A DNA stretch of 64,000 nt, from the NCBI RefSeq assembly GCF_009914755.1, contig NC_060947.1. One strand, 5' to 3'. This DNA comes from the human T2T-CHM13v2.0 reference genome, Homo sapiens. Positions 1-20,394 of this stretch are shown piece by piece (the stretch's first letter is position 1; every line of letters starts with the position of its first letter). Under the pieces are notes generated by a model, which was not told where the DNA came from, did not search any database, and saw only the letters and a list, made by a program, of their open reading frames with translations. Made by a program: the position numbers and the translations under genes.

Positions 1-118
1 CTTGTGTCTTTTGTTGGTTATTTCATTTTTAAAATGCTCTCCCAAACATAGTGCTAAAGTGCTGTCTAGTATTTCTAGGCACAAAAAAGCAGTGATGTGC
101 CTTATTAAGAAAATGCCT

Positions 119-487
<369 letters not shown>

Positions 488-620
488 CTATTAGTTTAAT
501 ATTAATAAATCAACACTATATATTAAATTAGGTATCTTTAAACAGAAACCCACATAAAGCAAAGTTATCTTATGTTTGATCAGCCGATGAAATTATTGTG
601 ACCAAAGGCCTTAAAGGTAC

Positions 621-983
621 TGTTAAAAGAAAATTTTTAGAGGAGTTAAATTTAGCAGAAGAATCTAGAGAGGTTCAGAGAATTCCACCCAGCAATGTGA
701 GCAGGCAGTTTTTATAGAGAGGAAGAGGAAGTGAGGTACATAAACAACTTGATTGGTTACAGCTTGGTGTTTGTCTTATTTGGGCATGGTGCGATAAGGC
801 ATTTGCATTATATCAACATGATCTGATCAGTTGGTAGTGTGATTGTCTGAGACTCAGCCATGTGTCATAAGAATGTACTCTTAAATCGCAGTTTGTTGAC
901 ACGCTAAGTTAGGTTGCAGTTTGCTACTTAGAAACTCAAAGTACAGAGGCAGCCTCAGGCCAAATGCACTTTAATTTTAAACA
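621..983 (-). mobile_element. ERV1 solo LTR, MER57-like
   Basis: TG..CA termini (tgttaaaaga..ttttaaaca), 4-bp TSD gtac/gtat; aggcagcctcaggccaaa end typical of the MER57 group. Confidence 0.65.
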
Positions 984-1329
984 GTATGTAACTTTTGTAT
1001 TTCCCCTAGGAGCAATGGTTCACTACCATTAATTCAGTGTTTGCAATGACATTTAGAATATAACTACCATGACTAGAAGAATGGACTGTATATGCGTATG
1101 TGGAAATTTGTACCGTATAATGAAACACTACATACTATTTTCAGAGACCAACGGAATACCACCAAAAAATTTCAGATAGTAAGTCATGAAACAAATTCAA
1201 TGTATTTAAACAGTCAGAAGTCATGTGTTCAATCTCTTGCTAAAATGCAACAAAATTAGAAGTTGCTAATTAAGGGGCAATTCTTCAAATTATACACTGC
1301 TTTTTTTTTTTTCAATTTTCTGATGACAT

Positions 1330-1490
1330 TAACCACCCACTAGAGCAACTAAAATTATAATGACTGACAGCACAAAATGTCAAGGATTTGGATTAACTGA
1401 AACTCTCACATATTTCTGAAAGGAGTATAAAATGGTACAATCACACTGGAAAATGTTTTAGCAAATTCTTGTAATTTCTAAAATAATCAT
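1330..1490 (+). mobile_element. old L1M (L1ME-like) fragment near the ORF2 3' end
   Basis: gaaactctcacatatttctgaaaggagtataaaatggtacaatcacactggaaaatgtttagc resembles the L1ME ORF2 end. Confidence 0.55.
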
Positions 1491-1664
1491 CATAATTAAC
1501 TGGGAAATGGAGAGGAGTGAAGGTAGGTAGTATATTGTTTGCTTTATTTTGGATGTGTTTAAAATTTGTTGTAAAAAATGTAAAAAGTACTCTTCTCAGT
1601 ATTGTTTTGCTTAAAGAAAACATCAAAACTGAAAGTACAGACTATTTGGCAATGAACAACTGTC

Positions 1665-1995
1665 TCATCAAAACCTAGAAGTCATTCTGTTCTCCACTCC
1701 ATGTCTCATTCCCCATATCCAACTGGCCAACAAGCTTTGTCAATTCAGTTTTCTGAATAATTCTCAAGTTGATCCTCTCTTTTTTATTCAAACTATTACT
1801 TACCTCATCTTAGACTTCTTCTTTGCTCATCTGTGTTATGACAATAACTTTCTAATCTAATTCTTTGTCTTCAGTTTGGCTTTCTAGTCCAGAGTGATCT
1901 TTCTAATATACGGATCTGACCATGTTACTTTACAGTTTACATACATTCAAATGCTGCTTTTTTTCTACAAAGTAAACACCAAGCTCCTTATCCTT
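1665..1995 (+). mobile_element. L2 fragment
   Basis: aaacctagaagtcattct..ccccatatccaa..ccagagtgatctttcta..atctgaccatgttact L2 motifs. Confidence 0.65.
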
Positions 1996-2639
1996 TATAA
2001 TTATCCATATTTCAGTGATAACAAATAGCAATCTGCATAGTAAAAATGGCATTTCTTTCAGCAGTTAAATGGAGCAGATGAATGTCTAATGATGATTGCA
2101 GGATTTTTCATATACCAAAAAATTCCCTAAATCCTGAAAAAATGCTTTTAATTTTTAATTTTAAAATCTAATTTTAAAATGCATTTAATATAGTACAAGA
2201 CACTAAATATCTTACAGGAAACCAACTTGTTAACCCTTTCTTCTACACTTGGAAAAAGTCTGTTGATATTTTTTCATTACATTTAAAATGTAATACTCGT
2301 CAGTGAAAAAGACTCAGTTTTATAACCTTCACTACTAGAATAGTAAATAATATACCGAATATCATTGCCACAACTGCTACTGCAGTATATTTTATATTAC
2401 TCTTGCCTCTTGTGTCATTTACTTCAGATTCAAAGTTTCATGCTTCAACATCCTTTTGGCTAAGCTTAGATCATATGTTGTACCAGGAATAAGAGATGAT
2501 ATCTGACCGCAGCTTCTCACACTGTGACTGATTTTCTAAATATAGAAGTTTCAAATGATGGAAAAGCAAAATAAAATAAAAACCAATTTCAGTTCGTGTC
2601 TTACCTCTTCTGATAATCACTGGAACCAGAGTAGATATA

Positions 2640-2765
2640 TATTGTGATTATCTGCATGTTTAGATGAAGAAACTGAGGTGTAAAAAGATTAAGTAATTGC
2701 CCTAGATTATGCAATTATTACATGGCAGGCCTTTTATTTGAACCTCAGCAATCTTACTCTGGAGA
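2640..2765 (-). mobile_element. MIR
   Basis: tttagatgaagaaactgagg..attaagtaattgccc MIR core on the reverse strand. Confidence 0.7.
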
Positions 2766-3931
2766 GCAGCCATGGTATATATTTACAGCAAAATAGTAGC
2801 AATGTCCATATGTATAGTGCTTTGAATATTTTCTTGATGTTCAGGTAGACTATGCTTATTTACTGAAATCAGTAATTGCTCTTAAGAATGTGTATTTAAT
2901 CTGTGTGTAAAGTATTTGGCATTTCTAGAAATCAAAGTGAAAGTTAAAATGAGTTAAAAAAAAATCCCTTGAGATCTCAGAAGTTGATTCCTGGAGAAAT
3001 GTACAAATTCAAAATTCAATCACTGGAATAATAAAGGCTGCAATGCTGTAGGATATTTTTAATGAAATCAATGTTTTATTTGCTTATAATAATATATGAG
3101 GAGAAACATGATACTGCAGTAAAAGAACAGTTGTCAATTCAGATGAGATAACCACAAATAATTTCAAAAGCTATCTTAATTAAAGAGATTGTGTTAAGTT
3201 TCATCTGTATTGAAGAGACAACTGGGACATATTTAAACAAGGTTATAAAAATCAAGCCCTAGAAAATCAGAATTAATTTAAATAAAATGTATGGTCATGT
3301 GCTGATGGCATAGTTAATGTGAGTAGAAGATGTAACTGATTTGTAGTGAAGTTTAAAGAAGAAACACTGAGAGCGTTGTAAACACATTGCAAGCATATTC
3401 TGTTTGGATTTAACTGTGATGAGATCCTTGTAGGGAAAGAACTAGACCTAAAACTGTCTCAATACTGTCAGTTATTTGTACGACACTGCATATGTATCTT
3501 CGAAAACATTAGTGATATTCCAAATATGTCTAAGCAGGGTAAGGTTATAAAAGTAGGATGCTGTGTAATTTGTTGAAAATCTGCTGAAGGTTTTATCATT
3601 GTGTATGATTTTCTGTGATGAAGTAGCTTCCTGAGATCACTGAAATTTTGGAACTTGAATCAAGGACTACATTCAATGTTCGGGGGGCCTGTCAATTAAG
3701 TGGCTTCCTGGTTTTCTGACATTGTTTCTCAAATTCGAAAATTTATTTTTACAAAATCACATATGTCACAGGGATTCTGTATACAGAGCCTCACAGTAAA
3801 ATTGTTGATGCTTTCTTGGCATCTAAAAGTTGAAGCCACACTTCACTTTTTATCATCTCAAAAACATGCTAAATATTTCAAAACTAGTTGTGATAGTGGG
3901 AAGGAATTATGCAGATTAATATTCTCTAAAT

Positions 3932-4144
3932 TGGCACTCTCTAATAGAATTTTGCAATGATAGTAATGTTCTATATATGCACTGTTCAAGACAGTAGCCA
4001 CTAGGCACACATGGCTACTTGAGTACTTGAAATGTGGGTAGTGTGACTAAGGGACTGAACTTCTAATGCTATTTAATTTGAAGTAATTTAAATACAAATT
4101 TAAATAGTCACCTGTGGTTAATGTATATGTATTGATCGATGTGG
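3932..4144 (+). mobile_element. MER3 hAT-Charlie MITE
   Basis: ctaatagaattttgcaatgatagtaatgttcta..gtagccactag..cacatggctacttgagtacttgaaatgtg matches recalled MER3. Confidence 0.8.
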
Positions 4145-4756
4145 ATCTAAGACTTTAAAATAGAAAACTTTGTTTGCAGAACACAAGAAAACTTTTCCTT
4201 TAATCAAAAATAGTTTATAGCAATTAAGATATGCATTTTATCTTTTCTAGACAAAGAACAATTTTCAATTAATATTAATATGGGAGACTCGATACAACAT
4301 TACTAAATTGAAATGTGCACCTTTAATAGAAAATATTTTAGACAGGTAGAGCTTCTAAATATCCCCACCTCTCTCTCCACTAATCTCATACAAGGCTTGG
4401 CATAGAGTAGGTACTTTATAAATATTTATTCAAAGGATGAATGATAAAAAGAAAATAAAATGAATATCAGAAATACTACTTCAATGGAAAGAACCATTAA
4501 ATCAGTAATTAAAAATCTACTATGATAGTACAGACTTAGATGCAAATGTTATTTCAGAACTTTGATTTCACTGAAACTATCCAAAGTTCAACCCTGTCCA
4601 TGAATGTTTCAACTAAATCAATTTTGGCTCATTGTTGATTTTTCATTAATGCTCTGCCCATCTCAGAGCTACTGCATATTGCTTCGCCAAGGGCACAATG
4701 CTGATTTTTATTCAATAAATATGTGTTGGACATGTACTAACTTTCACACACTCTGT

Positions 4757-5010
4757 TGGAGAGGCGGTGCACTGAGTAAGGCTGTGAGCTCTGGAGCCTG
4801 ATCACCCGCATTGGAATCCTGGCTTTCCACATGTTGTGCAATGTTGGGCAAATTACTTATTCTTGCTATGCCTCAGTTTCTGTATCTGTACACAATTGGG
4901 GTAATTATAGGATGTATAATTGGGTTATTTTAAAGGTTAAGTGACTTAATATATGTAACAAATTTAGAATGGTACCCAGTATATATTTGGCAATCAGTGG
5001 ATAATGGGTA
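4757..5010 (+). mobile_element. MIR, near full length
   Basis: ctctggagcc..ggaatcctggct..gggcaaattactta..gcctcagtttctgtatctgta..ttaatatatgtaa. Confidence 0.8.
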
Positions 5011-5089
5011 TTATGTGTTGAGGATTCAGAAATTAACAAAACAAAGTCTGTGACCTTATACGGCTTAATTGCACTCTCAGTACATGAGG

Positions 5090-5499
5090 TGATATGGTTT
5101 GGATATTTGTCCCCTCCGTATCTCATGTTGAAATGTAATCCCCAGTGTTGGAGGTAGGACTTGGTGGGAGGCATTTGCCTCTTAGAGGCAGATGGTTCCT
5201 GAATGGATTAACACCATCTCCTTGGTGATGAGTGAGTTGACATGAAATCTGTTTTTCAAAAAACATATGGTAGCTCCCCCGCTCCCTCTCTTGCTCCTGC
5301 TCTCCCCATGTGATGCTCCTGCTCCCCCTTCACCTTCTGCCATGATTGCAAGGTTCCTGAGGCCTTTACCAGAAGCAGATGTTGGCATCACACTTCCTGT
5401 ACAGCCTGCAGAACCGTGAGCCAAAATAAAATCTTTTTTCCTTATACATTATCCAGTCTCAGGTATTCTTGTTTAGCAATACAAAAGTGGCCTAATACA
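5090..5499 (+). mobile_element. MSTA-type ERVL-MaLR solo LTR
   Basis: tgatatggtttggatatttgtcccctcc start, ggcctaataca end. Confidence 0.85.
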
Positions 5500-6097
5500 G
5501 AGGGAAACTGGTCTCAACATTTATATTTGTGTCCAGTTGGCCTTTTTTTATTTTTTCACATTTCAAAAGCATTTTGCATATAATTTAGAGAAGTAAGCAA
5601 AGGATTGAGAAAAATGACTTGATTACAAAATTTAATAAGAATGTAAACACAGTAAACCTATTTTACCCAGTGAATTTTGACACACAAACATTAGGAAACA
5701 TAAAAGAATACTCTCTTATACCATACTCTTGGCAAAATTGATGGGCCAGGTTCTTACATAAAAATATTGTATAGTGAAGTTTTTTCTGTTGAAGAACTAA
5801 CTGTAAAAAAAAAAAAAAAAACATTTCCTTTATGTCCTTAGAAATATATTCTTTATTCATGAATTATTGATTTTGAGAAAATTCACCTTGGTTAATGTCA
5901 TATGAAAATTCATATAATCTGAGATTTCACTTCTTAAAGGATCAATTTTATCATCATCTTTAGAGCCTAGAGCACTGATATCTTTTATGCATTCATCTTA
6001 TTTGTCTAATATTTGTGAAACATTATCCTCTTTCAATTTTCTTCTCTTTGTCACTATATGTGAAAAAAATTGAATTATCAGTTGTGATCAATGAATG

Positions 6098-6836
<739 letters not shown>

Positions 6837-7138
6837 AATGCTAAAAACAGACTACGAATATATTGTATCTGGTCTTCTTTTATACCTTATTAAAAGATGA
6901 TTCAATATGTTGGACAGTGCATTAATAAAACTGAAAGTTGTCTATTTCTCTATTGCATCACTTTTGTAATCCATTATTATTCTATTTGCATATTATTTTA
7001 GTCTTTTTAAACATAGTTTGGAATTTTTGATAAGTTATCATAAGTAATGTTGAAATAATTTCTGGGATGATAAAATAGAAAAAGCTTTCAAGTTATTGAG
7101 AAAATAACTTTACCTAAGATTCCACAATGTTGTCTTAG

Positions 7139-7411
7139 ATTTATTTATTTATTTACCTATTTTCCAGTGGTGCAAACACGGCTGAATGCAGCCTTGACCT
7201 TCTGAATTCAGGTGGTCCTCCTGTCTCAGCCTCCCGTGTAGCTGAGACCACAGGTGTATGCCACCACACCTGATTACTTTTTTTTTTTTTTCTTGTAGAG
7301 ATAGGGTTTCACTTTTTTGCCCAGGCTGGTCTCAACTTCTGGAATAAACCAATCCTCCCACCTTGGCCTCCTGAAGTTCTGGGATTATGGGTATGAGCCA
7401 CCATACCCAAC
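7139..7411 (-). mobile_element. AluJ, diverged, part of the right arm deleted
   Basis: gcagccttgacct, tcctcctgtctcagcctcc, ttgcccaggctggtctcaact J-type motifs. Confidence 0.85.
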
Positions 7412-7689
7412 TGTGGTAGATTTATTAAAGGGTCCAGTGAATGCACAAATAATTGCAAGATACAATGAGTTCTATTTTTTTAAAGTTTCTTTTTATTCCT
7501 TGGAAGACCTCTAAGAACTAGTAAAAGTCATAAAATATCAATCTTTACAAATATCTAGATTTACTCAAAAAAAGAAATTCAATAGTTAAACTCAGGTCCA
7601 ATGAATCATAATAGTATACAAAAAGGTAAGATCCAGAGGAGACAGATGTTACATAATTATGTAAATTAGATAATAAAAACAGTGATAAA

Positions 7690-8095
7690 TGCACTAAAGG
7701 AAATTTGCAATTACACTAATAAAGGAAAATGGGTTTCTTAATTTAAATTGATGGATCAGAAAAATTTCCCTGAAGAAGTGAGACTGAAGTTGTGATCTGA
7801 AGGATGAGTAGGAATTAACCAAGATAAACATAGAGGTAGGAGAATAGCAGTATGTGCAGAGGCTCTGGGGCAAGACAGAACTTGACACACTTGAGAAAAT
7901 GAAATAAAGACTGTGACTACGAGCAGAGAAAAAGTGTTGCTAGTGGCGTGAGATGAAACCAGAGAAACAAACCTCAGTCATCTCAAAAAAGGCCTTATAG
8001 GACGCATTAATAGTATTGAATTTTACCCTGAGTTCTGCAAGATGCCAATGATGGGTACTAAGCATGGATCTGATATAATCATACTTATTTTTAAA
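7690..8095 (-). mobile_element. L2 fragment
   Basis: ttccctgaagaagtgagactgaag..tgatctgaaggatgagtaggaattaacc on the reverse strand. Confidence 0.7.
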
Positions 8096-8158
8096 ATTTA
8101 CTAAAATAGTATATGTTCATTTTTTAAAAATAGTGCAGAAATATAGAAAAAAACTGTA

Positions 8159-8883
8159 ATGAGATACCATCTCACACCAGTTAGAATGGCAATCATTAAA
8201 AAGTCAGGAAACAACAGGTGCTGGAGAGGATGTGGAGAAATAGGAACACTTTTACACTGTTGGTGGGACTCTAAACTAGTTCAACCATTGTGGAAGTCAG
8301 TGTGGCGATTCCTCAGGGATCTAGACCTAGAAATACCATTTGACCCAGCCATCCCATTACTGGGTATATACCCAAAGGACTATAAATCATGCTGCTATAA
8401 AGACACATGCACACGTATGTTTATTGCGGCACTATTCACAATAGCAAAGACTTGGAAGCAACCCAAATGTCCAACAATGATAGACTGGATTAAGAAAATG
8501 TGGCACATATACACCATGGAATACTATGCAGCCATAAAAAATGATGAGTTCATGTCCTTTGTAGGGACATGGATGAAATTGGAAATCATCATTCTCAGTA
8601 AACTATCGCAAGAACAAAAAACCAAACACCGCATAGTCTCACTCATAGGTGGGAATTGAACAATGAGAACACATGGACACAGGAAGGGGAACATCACACT
8701 CTGGGGACTGTTGTGGGGTGGGGGGAGGGGGGAGGGATAGCTTTAGGAGATAGACCTAATGCTAAATGACGAGTTAATGGGTGCAGCACACCAGCATGGC
8801 ACATGTATACATATGTAACTAACCTGCACATTGTGCACATGTACCCTAAAACTTAAAGTATCATAATAATAAAATAAAAAAAA
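8159..8883 (+). mobile_element. 5'-truncated young L1 (L1PA3-like): ORF2 C-terminus and 3'UTR
   Basis: ORF 8159-8659 is the ORF2p C-terminus (..SLIGGN); 3'UTR gctaaatgacgagttaatggg; exact 15-bp TSD agaaaaaaactgtaa at 8145-8159 and 8884-8898. Confidence 0.95.
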
Positions 8884-9142
8884 AGAAAAAAACTGTAAGA
8901 GTTCTCTTGAACCCATGCTCCAATACCAAAATTTCTGGTTTGCATTTTTCCAGGCTCTTTTATTGATATGCAAATACAATTACAGATGAACATAGTTGTT
9001 ATACTAGTCATGAATATGTTAGTCATAATCTTCTGAAATTTTCATTCAAGATTCCATCTTGGACATGTTTTCATACTACTGTCTATATTGACCCATCTTA
9101 TTCTGCCAATGGTTGCCTACCATTTTATTGTTAAGAATATAC

Positions 9143-9345
9143 CAGGGATTGCTAAACATGTTCTAAAAAGAGCCAGAAAGTAAATATTTTAGGTTTTGCA
9201 GTCCAAAAGATCACATATTCTGCTATTGTAGTGTGAAAGCAGCCATATACAGTGGATAAATGAATGAATGTGGCTTTGTTCACAGGCTGTATATAACGGA
9301 GGGAGTGTAGGATTTGGCCCATGGATTGCAGTTTGCTGACTCATG
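9143..9345 (+). mobile_element. MER58A hAT-Charlie element
   Basis: caggg..aaagagccagaaagtaaatattttagg..gtgtgaaagcagccata..ggatttggcccatgg..gtttgctgac. Confidence 0.75.
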
Positions 9346-10022
9346 GAATATACTACAATTTTAAAAATAATTATGAAAGTATCATTCATTTTTTTAAACC
9401 CAGTCTTCTCAAAATAAAATACCCACACGTATTTAAAAAATTTAAACTACCCCGAAGGGTCTAAAATTAAGGATGTTTTTTTCTCCCACTTTATTCGCTA
9501 GTCCCACTTATGTAATGTAAGCATTTTTGCCAGATTGTTTTTTTCTTGCTTTTATTAACACTGAATAATATTCTTATATTGCTATTTCTTGATTTAGAGA
9601 CATGTTGACTGCACAATGAACAAGAGGTAAAAAAACATGTTGACTACCTAATGCTGAAAAATGAAACTTTTTACTACATTGTTACTTCCTACCTTCTCTT
9701 CTCTCCTCCTCTTGATTTTGTTATATTATTTCATTTCTAATGAGGTTTGTATCATGTACAATTGATTCAGTAAAGATGAGGAAGTCTTCTCTGCTTCCTT
9801 TCTAGGTTAATTCTTTTAAAACTGAAATAACAAAACAGTATTGCTAAGGTTTGAATGTGTTTGAGTGTGTCCCCCAAAATTTATGTGTTGGAAACTTAAT
9901 CCCCAATGCAACAGTGTTGAGAGGTGGTACCTTTCAGAGGTGATTAGGTCATGAGGGCTTTGTCCTCATAAATTGATGAATGTGGTAACTGCAGGAATAG
10001 GTTTGTTATAAAAGTTATTTCA

Positions 10023-10328
<306 letters not shown>

Positions 10329-10723
10329 TTATTTCAGCCCTCTCTTGCTTTCTCTCCCACATGTGTGCTCTTTTGCCCTTATGCGCTTCTGCCATGGAAC
10401 AATGTAGCAAGAAGGCCCTAGCCACATGTAGTCCCATGATCTTGAACTTTCCAGCCTCTAGAAATGTAACAAAAAAATCTTTTTGTTGTTTATAAATTAC
10501 ACAATCTCAGACATTCTGTATGCCAGCAGAAAATGGACTAGGACAGAAAATTGATACCGAGGAGTGTGGGGTTGCTATAACAAATATCCAAGAATGTTGA
10601 AGTGGCTTTAGAACTGGGTAAGCTGGAAGAATTTGAAGGAAAGGGCTAGAAAAAACCTAGATTGCTGTGAATGAAACATTAAAGGCAATGCTGGTGAAGG
10701 CTCAGAAGAAGATAAGCTACTTA

Positions 10724-11373
<650 letters not shown>

Positions 11374-13375
11374 TCAAGGTGCTTCACAGCTTATTTTGGC
11401 TGATTCCAGTAAAATTACAGTAAAAAAGAGAGAACAAAAAAATGAATTTAAGACAGAATTTATAATTAAAAGGGAAGTAGAATGGAAAGATTTGGAAAAC
11501 TCTCAGCCTGGATATGTAAAGAAGAAAAAAGAATATTCAGGAGAGAATACTACGTGCAACCGTTTTCTAAAGAGACTAATATGGGTGAGGGAAGCCAGCA
11601 TCCAGCCATCAGGACAGTGGGAGAGTGATCCGAAAATCACTTCAGAGATCTTCAAGACAATCTAGGACTTTGAGGGCAAAGTTTCCAGAGAAGTCCCTGG
11701 GAGACCTCAGAATTCACTGTTCTGTGCTACCTTGGGTCTCTGCTTCCATAATTCTGGTGCAGTGCCCCTTGGCTGCCTTAGCCATGGCTCAAGCAGGCCC
11801 AGGTGTAGCTCAACCAACTTCTCCAGAAAATACAAGCTATGAACCTTCGTGACATCTACATGGTACGAATTCTGCAGGCACGCAGAATGTAAAAGCTGTG
11901 AGGGCATGGCTTTCTCCCAGATTTCAAAGAATATTTTGTGCAGCCTTGGAGACGGCTGAGACATGTCACGGGGGTGGAGTCACTGCAGAGAGCCACTGCT
12001 AGAGCAACGCCCAGTAGTGCCAGAGAAGTGAAGCCACCACAGTGAGTCCCCAACAGAATAATGCATAGTGGAGCCATGTGAGTGGGGCAGCCCCCATGAT
12101 CCCAGAAGTGTGGTGCCACCAATATGTAACTCCAGCCTGGGGAAGCTGCAGGCACAAGATACCAGACTGTGAAAGCTGCTAGGTGGACTGAGCCCAGCAA
12201 AGCCACAAGGGTGGAGCTGCCTGAGGTCTTGGGGGCCCAACAACTACCTTAGCGTAGATACAGAATGTGAAGTGAAAGGAGATTATTCTTCAGTTTAACA
12301 CTTACTATTGATTTCCCTATTTGGCTTTGCACTTATTTGGGACCAGTGGCTCCTCTTTCATATTATTTTCCTTTTGAAATGGGAATGTCTATCCTCTGCC
12401 TGTCTCCCTATTGTATTTTGGAAAAACATGACTTAATTTCACTGATTCACAACTAGGGATGAATTTGCCTTAGGATGAATTGCATTTTGAATCTCATTCA
12501 TCTGATTCAGTTAAGATCCTGGACTTTGAACTTTTAAATTGGTACTGAAATGAGTTTATACTTTGGGGTGTTGGGAGGGAATGAATGTATTTTGCATGTG
12601 AGAAGACCACACATTTTGAGAACCAGGGGTGGAATGCCATGGTTTTAATGTGTCCCACAAAATTCATGTCCGGGAAAGTTAGTCTTCATTGCAACAGTGC
12701 TGTCAGACTTTTGGGAGGTAATTAGATCATGAGGGCTTTGTGGTTATTGCGGGAGTGGATTCATTATCATTAGTGTGAGTTTGTTATAAAAGCAAGTACA
12801 GCCCTTTTTAGTTCTGTCTCTGCGGTGTGATCTTTTGTCTTTCTGTCTTTCCACCATGGAATAACACAACAAGAAGGTCCTTTTCAGATGCTGGCACTTT
12901 GATATTAGACCTCCCAGGCCCTAGAACTGTGAGAAATGCTGTTATTCTCTTTACAAATGCTTTTATTCTCTTTACAAATTACAAATCTGTGGTATCCTGC
13001 TATAGCCACACAAAACAGATTAAGACAACTATTAACATTAGTGTAATTATGTAAATATATTTACCTCAAAATCAAGTACTGACAGAACCCATAGAAAAAG
13101 ATTCTTTTGTTGCTGAGCCCCAGATTCTAGGAGACTACCTCAAGAATCCAAATTCAAGGCATTCTCTTTTCATTTCTCTGTAATTACGTTTGCCTTTTCC
13201 AGGTCAAACTCAGTTGCTTATATTTTGAGTCAGTTTTCCTTTATGTCTTTTAAATTAGTTTGGATAAACTCTTCAAGTAATACACATGCTGATACACACA
13301 TGTAGTATATAAATGAAACATTTTGAGTCAGTGCATGTCTAAAGTGCTTTTATTTTTGCTCAAAGCCTTAATTAA

Positions 13376-13690
<315 letters not shown>

Positions 13691-13699
13691 TTTTGCCCT

Positions 13700-14705
13700 C
13701 AATTTTGAATTCAAAGTTGAAAATCATTTGCCTTCTGAATTTCAGACACTGTTCCATCATTATCAAGTATTCAGTGCGATAGCTGAGAAATCTGAGACCA
13801 TTCTAATCTTCATTATATTGTAAGTAACCAACAAGTACTTTTTTTTTTCTTTAACTCTGGGTTCTTTTTTATCCTTAGAAATGTGAAAGTTTTCAAAATG
13901 TTTTTTACATGTTGCTCTTATTGTTTAAATTATTATTATTATTTTGTATCCAGATAAATACATGATAGGGTTTCTTCTGAAGACTTGTGTCTTTATTCTG
14001 TGTCTTTATTTCAAAATTATTTTGAAATACATAGAAACATCCATAAAAGATAAATACATAGTTTAATTAATTGCTATAAAAGCAAACACTCATTTAACCA
14101 CGACTCAGTTTAAGAAATACAATTTTGCTACCCTCCAGAAGCGCTTAATATCTTTCTTCCCAAACACAACTCCTCCCCCATTCCACTAAAGATAATCAGT
14201 ATCCTGTTTTCTATCATAGTTTCTTGTTTCCTTTAAAAAAATTTTCCCCACCAAAGTATGTGTAAAAACTATATATTCAATTTTCCTGTTTTTGAGCTTT
14301 AAATAGGTTAAGTTATACAGTATGTATTTAGTGTCTGAATTCTGTTGCTTGTATTTGTAAAATTCATCCCTTTTATTCCTGTATAGTCTTCTATTAAATA
14401 TCAGTTTACTAATTGATAATATTGTTGATGGGAACTGAGGTATTTCTAGTTTGGGACTGCTATAAAAATGTTGTTATAAATATTTTTCTGTCTTTTGATA
14501 AACATCTGTTCACGTGTCTGTTGAGTTTAAGTAGATTATAAAGCACATACATTAAACTTCACTATGCAAGGCCAAAATGTTTTTCAGAGTTTGCACTGAC
14601 ATGAGAAATACATGAGGGTTTCTATTGTTCTACATCTTAACCAGCAGTTTGCATTGTCTTTTTTTATGTATAAATTTTAGACATTCTGGTGGATATATGG
14701 CATAC
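13700..14705 (-). mobile_element. old L1M (L1ME-like) fragments
   Basis: tgtaaaattcatcc..ttgttgatgggaactgaggtatttctagtttgggactgctataaaaatg..ttctacatcttaaccagcagttt L1ME 3' motifs on the reverse strand. Confidence 0.6.
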
Positions 14706-15229
14706 TGTGAGAGAAACAGCTATGCTGGACTTGGTAAGACTAGTCTACAGATAGTATCCTATAGGAGAGTGAGTAAAAAGCTCCGCTTACTGAGATGAAG
14801 AGAGAAAAAAATATATATAGTCTCCAGCGAAGAGGCCTCAGATTTTAGTTAAAGCAAAGAATGCTTTTTCACAAAACTTTTCTTTTTTTCTTTTAGTTAA
14901 CACTTGTGAAGAACAATACCACTGCCACACCTAAATAATCTGGTCATGCTAACGCTCTTTGCCCTCAAACAGCTTAGAATGTATAGTAGGAAAGATTAGT
15001 TCAGACATACATAAAGGGAGTTACAAGAAATAATATATAGTTTGTAAAAATGGATTAAAATGTTTTACAAGATTGCAAAGCAGAAAAAAGTAACTTTTCG
15101 ATGGGTATATAAGGAATAGTATCTTGGAAGAAGGATATTTGAACAGGAATTTGGAAGAAGGAAGTATTGATAATCAAGAGTATTTATGAAATTATACTTT
15201 TTTCCATACTATGGAATGCTTCAAATGAA

Positions 15230-15560
15230 TTATTCACTGCAGCACCCGTATGAGCAGTACTACTGCGTTCCCATTTAAGAGATGGAAAAAAAAAAAGAGA
15301 GACTCAAATAAGTTAAGTGACTTTCCCAAAGGCACACAGTTGAGGAATGACAGACCCAGTATCTTAACCCAGGTGTATCCACCTCCAGCACCTATACTCT
15401 GAAAGGAAAAATATAATTAGTAACTTATTGAAGACTGATCATGTGCAGTAATTTGTATGAATTACGGCTGGTTTAACAACAACTCTAAAAGAAGTATTGT
15501 ATTGATATCTCCATTTTAGAACTGAGGAATTTGAGACTTAGTTGTTTTAATTAATTTGCT
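15230..15560 (-). mobile_element. Two adjacent MIR fragments
   Basis: cccatttaagagatgg..gttaagtgactttcccaaaggcacacag and ctccattttaga..gaggaatttgagactta. Confidence 0.6.
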
Positions 15561-16498
15561 TTTTTACTATACTATACTTTCATCCAGGTAAGCAGAAAAA
15601 AAAAAAAAACAGAGTAAATCAGGTAAAGACCACAGCACATTCAACACATCCACTGGGATTTTGTCTTTGCATATAAGTTGGATGATTGGCAGATGTAGAA
15701 TATAAGACAGAAGGCATAGGTTGTCGCTATGCTGATGTGAGCTTGACTGCCAAATTGAGATGTTTTAACAACATTCTGTAGGCAGTTGGGCACCATTGAC
15801 TTTTGAGAATAGATATAATAATAATTATATCTTACAAAGGTAAACTTGGTGATAGTGTGTATCATCATTTGGGGTGTCAAGATTGCAGTTTGGAAAACTT
15901 GAAAAGGGAGCTACTGCATAAACTCTAGAGAAGAAATAAAGGGAAGAGAGTGAAAAGGAAAATGGAGGACAGGAGTTACACAGTGGGTTGGTTGCAGAAC
16001 TGGGAGCAGAATTCATGCCTTCAACTCTTAGTCTGATTCATAATCTATGTATCTTTTATTGAATAAACTTTTTCTTGAATCAGATTTTCAGTGAAAATTA
16101 TTGAAAAAGATGTGGCTATATCAAGTGACTGGTACCTCTGGAGAATTGCTTTTTCTGCAAAATATGTCTGCTGTGGTCCATTTCCCTTATCATATGAAGC
16201 GCTAATGGTAGAAGAAAAGCAAATCATTCATTTAAAATAATCCTGAAAAATGTATGCATGTAAGATCTTTTTTTTTTCTCTTTTTTTTTTATTATTATAC
16301 CTTAAGTTTTAGGGTACATGTGCACAATGTGCAGGTTAGTTACATATGTATACATGTGCCATGCTGGTGCGCTGCACCCACTAACTCGTCATCTAGCATT
16401 AGGTATATCTCCCAATGCTATCCCTCCCCCCTCCCCCCACCCCACAACAGTCCCCAGAGTGTGATGTTCCCCTTCCTGTGTCCATGTGTTCTCATTGT

Positions 16499-20331
<3,833 letters not shown>

Positions 20332-20394
20332 TATGATGTTAGCTGGTTATTTTGCTCGTTAGTTGATGCAGTTTCTTCCTAGTCTCGATGGTCT